Shown here: positions 40,481 to 54,738 of the stretch, piece after piece
Layout: the number at the start of each line of letters is the position of its first letter
Position numbering within the stretch: the stretch's first letter is position 1
Source: Eledone cirrhosa
Lineage: Eukaryota
Direction of reading: 5' to 3'
NCBI GenBank assembly: GCA_964016885.1
Contig: OZ024742.1
Coordinates: 230,082,001 to 230,146,000 of the forward strand
Length of the DNA: 64,000 nt
Program-made: the position numbers and the translations under genes
The notes under the pieces: generated by a model
Database searches by the model: none
What the model was told of the DNA's origin: nothing
The model's input: only the letters and a program-made list of their open reading frames with translations

Positions 40481-41199
40481 CATATATATATATATATATA
40501 TTGTGGTGTGTTTTGTATATGCATCCATATATTAGTGTATGTATGTATATATACGTACATAAATTTCTAATCATCTGTACTCAGTCTGCTGGAAAGAAAA
40601 AAAAACGATTATACAACATTTTCCTGTATAGTCAAAGGTCGTTTTACCAGAGAAAATAATTTAGCTTTTTGTGAGTTATTAAGATAATTGCTTCCTTCAA
40701 ACCTTATGGTATTTGTTCAATAAAATGGAGCAATTACTTTTTAATCAACTAATCTAATAAATAACGTCTTCGTTGTCCAATAATGTGCGCAGTGCACTAA
40801 GATAGCATTGTTTTCACACCGTGAAAGCAAGGGGAAATGGTCTTTAATTAACAATACGTGAGACTGAAATTGGCAATGTTGTATTTCGTATCTCTTTAAC
40901 ATTTAAATAGAGAAATCAATCCAATATTTTATTTATTGATCTAGCTTTTGTTGCAGTAACATAACATATATTGAATTAGGAAGCGCTGCAATCCTATCTT
41001 CATTTTGATGTTAAACTAAACACCTATGAATGTTTTGGTTACCCGCTACGATTTTACATCTCATAGTAGGTTTGTCATCTGTTTTAATGATGGGGCTCTC
41101 AGTACAATCCTGTAAAGCAATGGGAAATGAGATTTGTACTGAAGAACACAACGTGCTGCGCCTTTTAAGAGAAAAATACACGAATTGATGACCGTGAAT

Positions 41200-42250
41200 A
41201 AAACATTCTAACATGAAGGCTAGGAGCATTCAATTTGTTGTGGAATAGAGATTCAATCGAACGATGAATAATGTTGGATGTAAGCGCTTCGCGATATTCC
41301 TGTGGGTGTTTATTAAACCATAAATACTTGATATCCTCCATTGAGGGTTTTGAATTTAGTGATTTCTTGTCTGCCACCTTTTTCTTCATATATTCCTGCA
41401 AACTTCTCATGGGATTGAGGTCAGAGATTTTTTCAGGTCACTTGAATGTTGTGCTCGTTACCATTTAAATATATTCTTGCTCTATATTAGCTGTATAACA
41501 TTGAATACCATCGTGCATGAATATGTTGAATCATTGTAAGTGTTTCTATATTTTTCTTAAAGAGTTCCAGGTTACACCAGTTAATCTTGGTGGCTGTTAC
41601 ATTACGTTTTTCATCATATCATTTTGCACGAGGCCTACGGACATGATGCCGGTGTACTACTATCTGCTGTATTGTTGAACTATTGGAAAACATAACTTGA
41701 CCATATCGCTCTTGGGTCCGCTGTGCACGTTCACTTTTTGTGTATACCCGGCATTTCGTTTTATTTTATCTAATTTTAGTTTAGTCAATTTTACAGAATT
41801 TTAGCCCAAATTCCTTTGTACAGCGCAGCTCTAATTTTTCTGCTTGTTTGAACTTGTAGGAGAATGTGAGGTGATAATTTTCATGATACGACCACCCCTA
41901 TGGTTTGTCTCCCCGGTGTGACCACTTTTATTTTTGCTACAATCAGAGACACAAATTTAGTCTTTTTAATATCAATAAGAACTACCGTCTTGCTATAACT
42001 CATTTTGACAGAACAATTATAGTCTGAGTAACCTGTCTTGTACAGAGCTAGAATCGCGGAGTTTTAGACCCCAGAACGTGATGATTTTTGCCCGCTTAAA
42101 AAGAAAGCAAATATACACACTTGACGGAAACAATGGTTAAAATGAAACAAACAGTCTTTAAAAAAGCATAGAACTGACCAAGAAATATTATAAATAAATA
42201 TGATGATGCAACAGATTGAAACTATTGCAAGAATTCTGCAATAGTTGAGG
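41200..42250 (-). pseudogene. Tc1-like (DD34E) transposase relic
   Basis: Reverse strand of 41401-41520 reads MHDGIQCYTA...*PEKISDLNPM, with 34 codons between D and the expected E position. Further upstream matches are weak and the boundaries approximate. Confidence 0.7.
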
Positions 42251-42536
42251 AAGTATTTTTCAATAATTTACTTTTTAAAAGATCTTGCAAGTCGGTCTTA
42301 AACAGTTCGCAATGACTGCAGTGATTAGGAAATTCCCAACGGAGGACTAGTATGTTTCAGTTTTTCTGATGCAGTAAGCTTATAGGTCAGCCAGAATGGA
42401 ATGGCCCTTCTGTTGGGATTTTAAGTCCTGCTATATAAACTCTGTAGCTAAAAATGCATGTGTCTCTGTGCCGCGAATACTTCACATATATGTGTGTATG
42501 CGCATGTGTGTGTCTGTGTGTGTGTGGGGTGCGCTC

Positions 42537-42572
<36 letters not shown>

Positions 42573-43533
42573 AAGAAAGAGAGAGAGAAAGAGAGATTAT
42601 ATGCAGTTCACCCCTGGCATTTATTTTCTTAGACATTTAAATGATAGAAAACGAAGCAAAGTTTTGAAGTAACCTTTAGACTAATGTATGAGAAGAATTG
42701 AAGTAAAAAAGACATAGAAATATCTTGGACTTAGATCAAGTTATTTATCTGACTCTTCACTCCGAATTTTTATTTCTAAAACATTTATAAGAATGATGAA
42801 AATATTCAAACCATTACTTTGTAACATAAATAAATAGTAAAATAGTTTACAATGAAAGATATTGAAATATGAAAGAGAAACAAAAACTTACTGAAATAGC
42901 TTGCAAATGTTTCTCACTAAAATCAAAATAAATAAACAGTGAAATATCACTATGAAAAAGAAATGAAACACTAGTAGTAAAAGGTAAATATACTTTGATT
43001 TACACTTGAAAATTACAATTAATGTAATCCAAAGATAAGTATATGATTATTATATATTGTCGATACACCTGATATAGAAAAGTGTAAATCTGAATATAGA
43101 TTTAAAATAGAGACAAAAAGAAGTTATGATAACTACAGATTGCAGGAGGCTTTAAAAAAGGATATGCTGTTTCTCATGATATATTAAGATTCAAATGTGT
43201 GTGTGTCTATGACCAGTGTATATAGATCACAGACACCCACACACATATATATATATACACACACACACACACATATATATATATAAATGGAAAAACTGAA
43301 ATTTCATTCCTCACAGTACAGCTGATACTTAAATAGAAGTATGTATACGTACATACATATATGTATAGAGACGTACAGTAGTATGTATATACATACATAC
43401 ATGTATATATAAGTACGTATAGGTCTACCGACATTTATTATAATGTTCGGTTTGTTTGTAAACAAACAGCCCGAATTACGACGTACAGTGCTCGGCAACC
43501 GTGGTCACACTTTTGTTGAACACTGACACAGGA

Positions 43534-43576
43534 ACGATAAACTAGTTTCAAGCTTATTAGCTATCGTCAGCATCGT
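43534..43576 (-). ncRNA. Type I minimal hammerhead ribozyme
   Basis: Reverse strand: ACGATG-CTGACGA-TAGCT aata AGCTT-GAAA-CTAG-TT-TATCGT. Confidence 0.8.
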
Positions 43577-43755
43577 ATACCTTTCTGTCAGATGATTGAA
43601 CGTGTGAAAGTATATACTTTCCTTATGCATATTAACGGATGAGCAGCCTAATTTGCATATCGAGTGAGTTAGTCGGCAAATTAGGCTGCTCAACCGTTAA
43701 TATGCATAAGGAAAGTATATACTTTCAAACATTCAATCGATTGACAGGAAGGTAT

Positions 43756-43798
43756 ACGGTGCTGATGACAGCTAATAAGCTAGAAACTAGTTCATCGT
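43756..43798 (+). ncRNA. Type I minimal hammerhead ribozyme
   Basis: ACGGTG-CTGATGA-CAGCT aata AGCTA-GAAA-CTAG-TT-CATCGT. Confidence 0.8.
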
Positions 43799-44003
43799 TC
43801 CTTTGTCAGTGTTGAACAAAAGGGCAACGATGGTTGCCGAACGCTGTACGGCTTAATTCGGGCTGTTTGTTTACAAACGAACCGAACATTATAATAAATG
43901 TTCGATAAACCCATACGTACATATATATATGTGTGCATGTATGTATGTATATACATACTACTGTACGTCTGTACACATATATGTATGTACGTATACATAC
44001 TTA

Positions 44004-44045
<42 letters not shown>

Positions 44046-44153
44046 TTTATATATATACATACACCCACCTATTATATGGGCCTTCCAATTTCATTTCACA
44101 TTATATACATGTCTGTGTATATTTTAATTATTTAAAACTTATTTTTAAGTGAA

Positions 44154-44182
44154 CGTGTGCCAACGGGTCACGGGTGATCTAG
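44154..44182 (+). mobile_element. Possible Helitron 3' terminus
   Basis: CGTG..GCCAACGG..CACG hairpin followed by GTGATCTAG|T. Confidence 0.45.
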
Positions 44183-44323
44183 TAATCATTATAAATTGAT
44201 CTAAATGTTTTGAGTCTGGTCACGGATATGGAAATGAGTGCATCACAATGACTGAAATCAGACGCCGTGTATGTACATAACATAAACGTAGTACAACACT
44301 GCAAACGATACGATACAAGATAT

Positions 44324-44405
44324 ATATTAGTTTAACGCTTGATAAGTTAGGAAAACGATACGATACAAGATATATATTAGTTTAACGCTTGATAAGTTAG
44401 GAAAA
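44324..44405. repeat. ~50 bp tandem duplication
   Basis: AACGATACGATACAAGATATATATTAGTTTAACGCTTGATAAGTTAGGAAA occurs twice. Confidence 0.9.
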
Positions 44406-44644
44406 GTGCCCTACTCTTCTTGACGTTGCTTCCTCAGGAGAACATAGAATGAGAAATAAAAGAAGTAATAGAGAATTGGAGAAGAGTGTGAAGAGGTAAA
44501 AACAGAATATATATAGGAGAAAGAGAGAAGGAGAGAGATGGACGAATGATTAATAGTATTTCACTCTTAAATCGGTTTGGGATCGCAAAATGGAAGTTTG
44601 TTTATTCAGATTGAAATATATGGAAGCAAATATTGAATTTTAAT

Positions 44645-44765
44645 TTAGGCCCAGTAAATCTGAGGGACAGGCAAAATTGATGTAATCAACTCCAGTACAT
44701 GACTCGTATTTTACCTTATTGATCCCACAATGATGAAATCTAAACTTGACCCTGGCGGGAATTGG
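44645..44765 (-). mobile_element. Old SINE fragment, same family as 35016-35203
   Basis: CCAGTACATGACTCGTATTT..TTGATCCC..GATGAAA..TTGACCCTGGCGGGAATT matches the SINE core. Confidence 0.5.
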
Positions 44766-45119
44766 AAGAAGAAGAATGCAAATAGACTGGACAAATATGG
44801 CAATGGCATTTTAATAGGTTTCTAGTAGTCATTTCAGAGGTGACAACTACACAGGTTAAATGTTCATCAACGGAAAGCTTTTACTTAATGTACAAGTATC
44901 TATTCTATGGCTATCAGTTAGATCTGTAGACATTTTTTACAATGAGATTCTCTCAAATTTCAAAATGACAAATGAAAAATAATATAAGTAAAGCTTTTGA
45001 AAGGAGTATGATAAATTAATATGGAATATATACATACAAGCATGCATACATACATACATACATACATACATACATACATACATACATACATACATACATA
45101 CATACATACATACATACAT

Positions 45120-45346
45120 GGTGGCTGCAAACTCGTTTTCGAGTACGGCCACTACTTTATATCCATGTAGGAGAACCCCTACCGATGCGCTGAACGAGTG
45201 TCACTTTTTAGTCCAGCCAGCGACTTGAAAACTCTGGTACAAACACTACACATGTGACAATTATTGACACATAGTGCTGGGCCCATGGTACCATGTGACG
45301 ACAAGTGCAGAGAGATCTCCAGATATAAAGCAATGCCTGTGCCGTA
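45120..45346 (+). mobile_element. Dispersed repeat, probable non-LTR 5' end (copy 2)
   Basis: Homolog of 3764-3990; starts immediately after (TACA)n. Confidence 0.6.
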
Positions 45347-46482
45347 AGGCAAACGATGTCGCAGGTTTTATATCAGAGTGACCTTCTCAAAGAGACATGT
45401 CTTAATAAAGACTAGGAGTCTCTCGCTCCACAAAAAAAAAAAAATATATATATATTGGTTGGCCGTCGACACGCCTGAGTTTTTCTGCCCTTTTGACGGG
45501 TTTTGTTTCTTATCCCACAGGGTGTCTAAAATCACCCTCCTCACCAAGCAAGCTTGGTTGGGTTACCGCTTTAGTCGCAGACGACCGGACAATGCATATG
45601 TTGTACTGGGTTACATGTTACCAGTAGCGCTGAATAGTGACCTGATATAAATATAATTACATACGTACATTATACATATATGCATACATACATGCAGACA
45701 TACATACATATATACTCACGTCACAGATAAGTACATACAAATTACAAACATACATTTGTAAATGCATACACAAATGCACACAAACTCATACATATATGTA
45801 GTCAAATTATGCTATTTTCTTGGTTATTCCAAGTCCTTCATGTCTACGTAAAGAAATTGATATTATATTCGAGAATGTAGTGTGTAGATGTATACAATCA
45901 ATTTGAAGTAGTCTCCTAGCATTTTCAATAAAATATTGCTTCAAGAAATTCATTTTCAATATTCCATGCACCACATGCATATATATAAACGCCTGCCCGT
46001 GAAGAATAGCCTTTGAATAAGTCATTGTTCAATCATTTATTATCAGCCACGTCTATACCTAGTGCAAATGCGTATATATTTCCAGTTGTTGCACAATTCA
46101 AATCCACCCTTCTGCACTGATTTTATGCTTAGTTTATTCTCCGTTGAAGTAACCAGACTGTCAGTTAAGATAATTTGCAGCAGAAATTTAGGATTTGTAT
46201 TTATCGAAGGAACTGCGTTTACCCTGGCTAATAAATGACTAACAATCTGCTAAGAAGTTTAATATTTGTCTATAGGTGGAGCAGAAATTATATTTTTTCA
46301 TAGAATCACCCCGTCTTCACACATTGGTTCAGAAAACTAATACTTCGGAACAACGTGGCTTCGCATTCAATCCTCATGCGTGCAAACTTGTACAATAATA
46401 TGATAATCTGAGGATGAACCAATGTCTTCCCCCTAAAATTGTATTGCCGGTAACTGCAGGTGCCTGGTGTATAGATACACAT

Positions 46483-46513
<31 letters not shown>

Positions 46514-46514
46514 A

Positions 46515-46625
<111 letters not shown>

Positions 46626-46642
46626 AAGCCCTCAATGCCGAT

Positions 46643-48604
46643 ATGGTGATGTGGACGAATATAATGCAGCCCAACAAAAGGACTGCCAACAACTTCCAGG
46701 CCTGGAACAATGACGTACTGGCGTTGTATGGGCTTCGAAAAGACCATAAAACGGGCAGTGACTCTGTCACGGGACCACCAACACGGCCAGTCTGTGGAGC
46801 TAACATTGCTAGTATCTACAGACTGTCCTACTTCCTCTCCCTGATCATACGCCCCATCATTGAAATGTCCCCAGATGTATGTGACAGCACGGAGGACCTC
46901 CTCAGCAGAATCGGCGAGAGTAACCGATCTAGGGACCTAACAAACTGCATAATAGGTAGTATGGATGTTGTGTCCCTGTATCCATCTATTGACGTGGATT
47001 ATGCTGTGGAGAAATGCGTAGAAATGATCAGTGAGAGCAATGTTGAGTTCCGTGGAATTGACACCAGTGAGCTGGGACTCCTACTTAAACTTACCTATAG
47101 TAATAATTACCTAGACACATATGACCTTAGCAACCTGTGCCCTACAAGACCAGCAAGAGGCAGACCTAAATGGCCAAGAAAACCCACACAGATAGATGGA
47201 ACGGGTGGACCAGAGCCATACGGACACCCGAAAACCACGATGAAACTGAAGAAAATGATTGCACATGCGGTGGGGGCCAGCATAAAATTAACCCTTAAGG
47301 AACATATTTTCAAATTTAATGGAAAAACATATGCCCAAGAGGAAGGAGCAGCCATTGGTGTTAGCATTGCAGGCGACATAGCTAACTTATTCATGGTATG
47401 GTGGGACAGAAGACTTAAACTTACACTTAAAGAACAATTAGAAGACCCCTTAACACTGATAATGTACTCCCGCTACGTTGATGATATAAACATCGTAGTT
47501 AAAACACCCCCACTAGAGAACAGTCAGGAATTAGAGAAAAACACAATGGAAAGCATCCAGCAAATAGCTAACTCCATCCAACAGGGTATTAGAGTTACTA
47601 TAGACTACCCAAGTAAACACCCCAACCATCGATTACCTGTACTAGACACAGAGCTCTGGTTAGATACGATTAATAACAAAAAACAAATCCTCCATTCCCA
47701 TTATGCCAAACCCATGACTTCCAAATATCTGATCCACCGAAACTCAGCTGTTTCGGACCATACCAAAATCAACATACTGATTGCGGATTTGGTACAGGTG
47801 ATGAGAAACGTGTCCCGCATGTGCAACCCCGAAGAACTAGAGAGACACATACAACGCTTCATCCCCCGTATGCAGTTCTCTGGTTACAATCAGAGAGATA
47901 AAATCAGAGTGTATAGAGGAGCCAGAACCAAATGGGAAAAAATGGTAAATAATGACACAAATGGGACCTGCCCCTTGTATAGGAGCAAATTTTGGAATAG
48001 AATAGAAAGAACTAGGAATAAGGCTAATAGAATAAACTCATGGTATGATAGCAATAAATACCAGAGTGTAATGTTCCTCGATACAACCCCTAGAGGTGAA
48101 TTAGCTTACAAATTTAGAAGGGCCATAGACAAACATAAACTCAATATTAAGATAGTAGAAAGACCAGGTACCTCCGTAAAAACACTTATTAGCAAGACAT
48201 ACCCTTTTCAAAGACCCCCCTGTGTAGATCAGAAATGTATAACCTGTAAATTAAGCCCCCATATTATCTGTAAAACTAGAAATGTAGTATATAGCATAAT
48301 ATGTACTTAAGGACAATGTAGAGACAAAAATATAGTGTACATAGGTGAGACAGCTCGTAGTGTAGGGGAACGTATAAATGAACACTGGCGAGACCTTCAA
48401 GATAGTAAAGAATCATCTGTACTCTACCAACATGCTAAAATAGAACATAAGGGTAAATTAGAGAACATAGAAATAAAAATAGAATCTCCACACAGAAAAG
48501 ACGCAATGTTTAGACAAATCACAGAGGCAATAAACATAAAAGAATTACACCCAAAATTAAATAGAAAATATGAGTGGAACAGCAACATCACAACTTACAA
48601 TTAA
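46643..48604 (+). pseudogene. PLE RT + Zn-finger linker + GIY-YIG, one in-frame TAA at 48308-48310
   Basis: [85 protein letters not shown]. Confidence 0.9.
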
Positions 48605-48805
48605 GGACAAAATGAAAACACACACGCACATAGAACAAACAACCAACCTGTAACATATAAATAAACAAATAAATAAACGAATATAAACACACACAGACAC
48701 CCGGATGTGGCGCATGCGCAGACTGAGCACACAACACACACACAGGAACAAAATGGCGTAGGACAGAACAAAGGAGAGGCACAAAAACAAAGAAAAGAAT
48801 CCCCA

Positions 48806-48847
48806 GTCACTGAAGAGGTCACAGAATGTGTGACGAAAGACTTTGAC
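48806..48847 (+). ncRNA. Type I minimal hammerhead ribozyme
   Basis: GTCA-CTGAAGA-G-GTCACA gaatg TGTGAC-GAAA-GAC-TT-TGAC. Confidence 0.7.
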
Positions 48848-48997
48848 AATATATAAACAACCATCTGGTTGTGGAACAAACCAACCAACCGAAAATTTAT
48901 AAATTCCTAAATTGATAAATCTATTATAATAAATTGAAGTGAAAGTAACTGGTGCGTGTGTTTCTTATTGGCACCATGACCCTCCCAAAGTATAACA

Positions 48998-49028
<31 letters not shown>

Positions 49029-49039
49029 TATTTTTTTTA

Positions 49040-50708
49040 ATTTTAGAGCGGGTAACATTCCCGTGTTCCATGGATGAGATCTCTCAAGCAGTCTCTGTCC
49101 CTCATTATCGCTGCCATGTCCTGCGTCTCCAACAGACCAGTGTCTGTCCTTAGGTCATCAACATGCGTTAACCTTGGTCTTCCACTTCCAGTGTGTCCTT
49201 GTAGGGGCTCCCACAGGTGCACTGAATGCAATGTCAACTCTGGATGTCAGTGAGCATGTCCAGCTAACCTAAGTCTCTTCTGTGTTACTTTTGAGCTGAC
49301 TTTTGGGAGGCTCTCATACTGCTCTCAGTTTTTCATCCTCAGTGTATACTGATTGATGTTCAGAGCCATCCTCAGCATTCTCGTGTAGCACCCATCCACC
49401 ATCTGAGTGAGTTTCTTGGTTAGTGTCCAAGTTTCAGACCAGGACAGCAGCACAGACTCCACTACAGCAATGAATAGGCGGATTTTCAGGTCTTTACGAA
49501 GGTCCGACTTCCACACCGATCTCAAGCTGTGGCACGCCGCTTAGGCTTTTCTCTTCCTCTCAACCACATCATCTTCCGTATTCACAATCTTTGCTCCCAA
49601 ATACAGGAATTCCTCAACCAATTCTAGCGGCTTCCCGCCTACATTAGTGATCCCCTCTGGCTTCTCGACATTCTCTACCATATATTTTGTTTTAGTCTCA
49701 TTCATTCTCAGCCCCACACTAATCGAGACAGTCTCAACCTCCTGCATCAAATCCTCTGCCTCCTTCACTGTATTTGTCACCAAAACTATGTCGTCGGCAA
49801 ATTCAGCATCTGATATATTTTTCGCCTTAACTCTCCTCCTCTGAGCCGAGGAGGAAGAGGTGTTCGAGTCAGATCCAGGGAACAGGGCCCGAGGATAGGA
49901 AGAGGAAATGGCTAGACCATTTTAGGACCCTACTAGGAGAGCCACGATCCACAACCCAGGGAACTGGGGAGATCAGGCGGCTGTTTGAAGAACTGGATAT
50001 TGAGACAGAGCCCTTCACCAGAGATGAGCTTCAGAGAGCCAAGAAGGGGATCAAGGAGGGCAAGACTCATGGAGAAAATGGAGTGGTATCAGAGGTGATG
50101 AAGAGGTGTGATCTTGATGATATCATCCTGGGGTTCTGTAACCAAGCACTGGAGAAAGTAGTTGCTCCGAATCAGTGGATGATCAGTAACATCGTCCCAG
50201 TGCCAACGAAGGGAGACCTCTCTAACACCAACAACTACAGGGGGATCTCACTGACGTCACTTGTGGCAAAGACCCTCAACAGGATGATTCTTAACAGGAT
50301 CCAGCCTGAGATGGAGAAGAAGCTCAGAGACAACCAGAACGGCTTCAGAGAAGGAAGATCAACCACCAGTCACATCCTGATGCTGAGGAGGATATTAGAG
50401 GGAGCTAGAGCAAAGTGCCTTCTTGCGGTCATGGTTTTCATTGACTTTAGGAAGGCCTTTGATTCTGTGGACCGTCACTGCCTGATGAAGATCTTACAGG
50501 CTTATGGAATCCCCAAGAAGATAGTGGACCTGATATCATGGCTCTACACCAACATCAAAGCCCAAGTCATTACACCTGATTGGATGAAAGAGCTTTTTGA
50601 GATACTGGCTGGAGTGCTCCAGGGAGATACATTGGCTCCCTACCTTTTGATCATCGTTGTGGACTATTGTATGCGCCTTACACTGGAGAAACACCAGGAA
50701 TCTGGCTT

Positions 50709-50711
<3 letters not shown>
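49040..50711 (-). mobile_element. RTE-clade LINE with inverted 5' segment
   Basis: 49040-49845 (-) encodes EFADDI, FLYLG, KIRLFIAVVESVLL..ETWTL and GRPR. 49846-50711 (+) encodes NYRGISL, QNGFR, FIDFRKAFDSV and GVLQGDTLAPYL. Confidence 0.88.
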
Positions 50712-50751
<40 letters not shown>

Positions 50752-51745
50752 AATCAAAGAACGCTTACATACTCATACAATTTTATTTTCTAACAATGTT
50801 TCATCCATACCATTGTACAGGAATCATCAGAGCTTTAAAAATAAAATTACAATGTTGAGTATAGGCTCTACCGAGCTTCGTCACATGAACATTAGAAATA
50901 CAATAGAGGGCAAACAGAGGGAGATCATAAATGGCGACTATTGAGAAAGTGCATAGTGGGGTTGTTATTCAGCACTACAGTTAAATGCAAAGGTACAGGC
51001 AGATTTTTTCAAGATGCAGAAGCACGCGAGGACACACAAAAGCAAAACATATAAACAATAAATAAATATATAATAAAGTAAAAGTAAAGTAATAATATAA
51101 AGAGATAAAAACATTTTTAAAAAAGAAAAAAGTAAAAGTTTTTTAAGGCACACAAAAAACAGAAGATATGCGTTGGTCACTATATATAACAGGTGATTTA
51201 GTTCTCCATAACTTAGAGTTATAGAAATACTAAAAGCCTCCCAAGGTACCTTCAGAAATCCCAATTGGGATTTTATTCCTCCTCATAGTATACATAATCA
51301 AGGTATACTAGTAGGTTACGGAATTATGTGGACCATGCTATACCTGTATGAAGACATGCACCACATAAATAAATACAGGCCAAACACAAGCAAAGCAGGG
51401 TTATTGCATGATCAGGCTAAAGCAAATGACATAACAAAAATGGTTAAGTCCCTAAAAAACACACATCTGGCGAGGAGTCACAACATATTCATATCTACCG
51501 AAGAGGTTATAAAGATAGTGGATTAGCAGTAGATAGCACACGGTCCAGGGTTTACAACATATGTAGATGGTCCTTAAACGCTAATACGCTTATGTGAATA
51601 AGTATACGTCTTCGTACTTTTTAAGTATATGCGCGTGATTTAGTGTGTGTATGTTCACTGAAAACAGATACAATATCTGCTTTCAAGAAACCACTGGTAA
51701 ATGAAATAATTATGTTACGTTGTTTATATATATATGTATATATAT

Positions 51746-51790
<45 letters not shown>

Positions 51791-51791
51791 T

Positions 51792-51904
<113 letters not shown>

Positions 51905-52213
51905 CATATTTTAAACTTATAAAATGCATTCAAGAAAATATATAATAATATTTAAAAAGTTATAAAGGATTTTATAGCTATATAAATACACATATACACA
52001 TACGCATACAAGATACATATGTGTACGCGCATGTATACCTAAACGCATAGACATATACGTATATATATATGCATACACGCGCATATATATACATATAATA
52101 TACATACAGCATACATGTACACATAAATACCTATAAATACATACACACACACACACATATGTGCATACACACAGAGAAACATACACAATTTCATATGAAC
52201 GTCCGTACATATA

Positions 52214-54164
<1,951 letters not shown>

Positions 54165-54312
54165 GAATATATAGTGTGTGTATATATATGTATATAGTGT
54201 GTAACGTTTTTCGAAATATTTACTTCTGCGTTCACTGATTGATTTTATTAGTATCAGAAGATCCCGTTAAGGGTGAAAGCAGCGATTCTTTGCTTAAACT
54301 ATAATCTGTTAT

Positions 54313-54546
54313 TTTAATATATATATATATATAACGAAGGAAATGTGGTAAGGAACCAGGTGGACCATAGCGCACCAAAGTACTCAATACTTAGGGTAGT
54401 AGAGTGGGTAATATGAACGAGTAGGACCCCGACGGCTGAGCTCAAGCCGTTTCGACGGCTAATTCTGGACCAAAATAGGTCCAGAATAGGTACAGAATTA
54501 GCCGTCGAAACGGCTTGAGATCAGCCGTCGGGGTCCTACTCGTTCT

Positions 54547-54547
<1 letters not shown>
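54313..54547 (-). mobile_element. Mini inverted pLTR fragment of the 21861-26005 PLE family
   Basis: Same termini as 39909-40100. Confidence 0.85.
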
Positions 54548-54577
<30 letters not shown>

Positions 54578-54622
54578 AATGAATAATAACAGGTAGACAT
54601 CATAAAAAGGTAGTTTATTCCG

Positions 54623-54738
54623 TGTGCTTACAAGTGTTTCCACGGTGGTACTGCAGCCTAGTTCCGCTACGTGCAAATTCACAAGTATTTGCAGAACTCG
54701 AATATCCAATGCTGTGACCACTGTTTCCTCAGAGCACA
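54623..54738 (-). ncRNA. Type I hammerhead ribozyme with 85 nt stem II
   Basis: Inverted copy of 56803-56914; stem I TGTGCT/AGCACA. Confidence 0.78.

Larger units (their letters stand above)
43330..44008. repeat. ~680 bp foldback (two ~330 bp arms, 19 nt spacer) carrying two HHRs
   Basis: 43330-43656 is the reverse complement of 43676-44008. Confidence 0.9.

Noticed and set aside
51236-51296. Minus-strand ATGAGGA..ATCCC aatt GGGAT..GAAGGTACCTT motif
   Set aside because: It has a palindromic stem III but no stem I pairing and an altered core.
54250-54289. CAGAAGA-TCCC gttaa GGGT-GAAA-GCAGC hammerhead-like relic
   Set aside because: U4 is substituted and the UH site is missing. Possibly a dead copy, so it was not counted.
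54624-54737. N-terminal 38 aa of the 561 aa ORF, and ORFs 54536-54739 and 56647-57156
   Set aside because: These read through pLTR/hammerhead sequence. RT homology starts only at about 54738.
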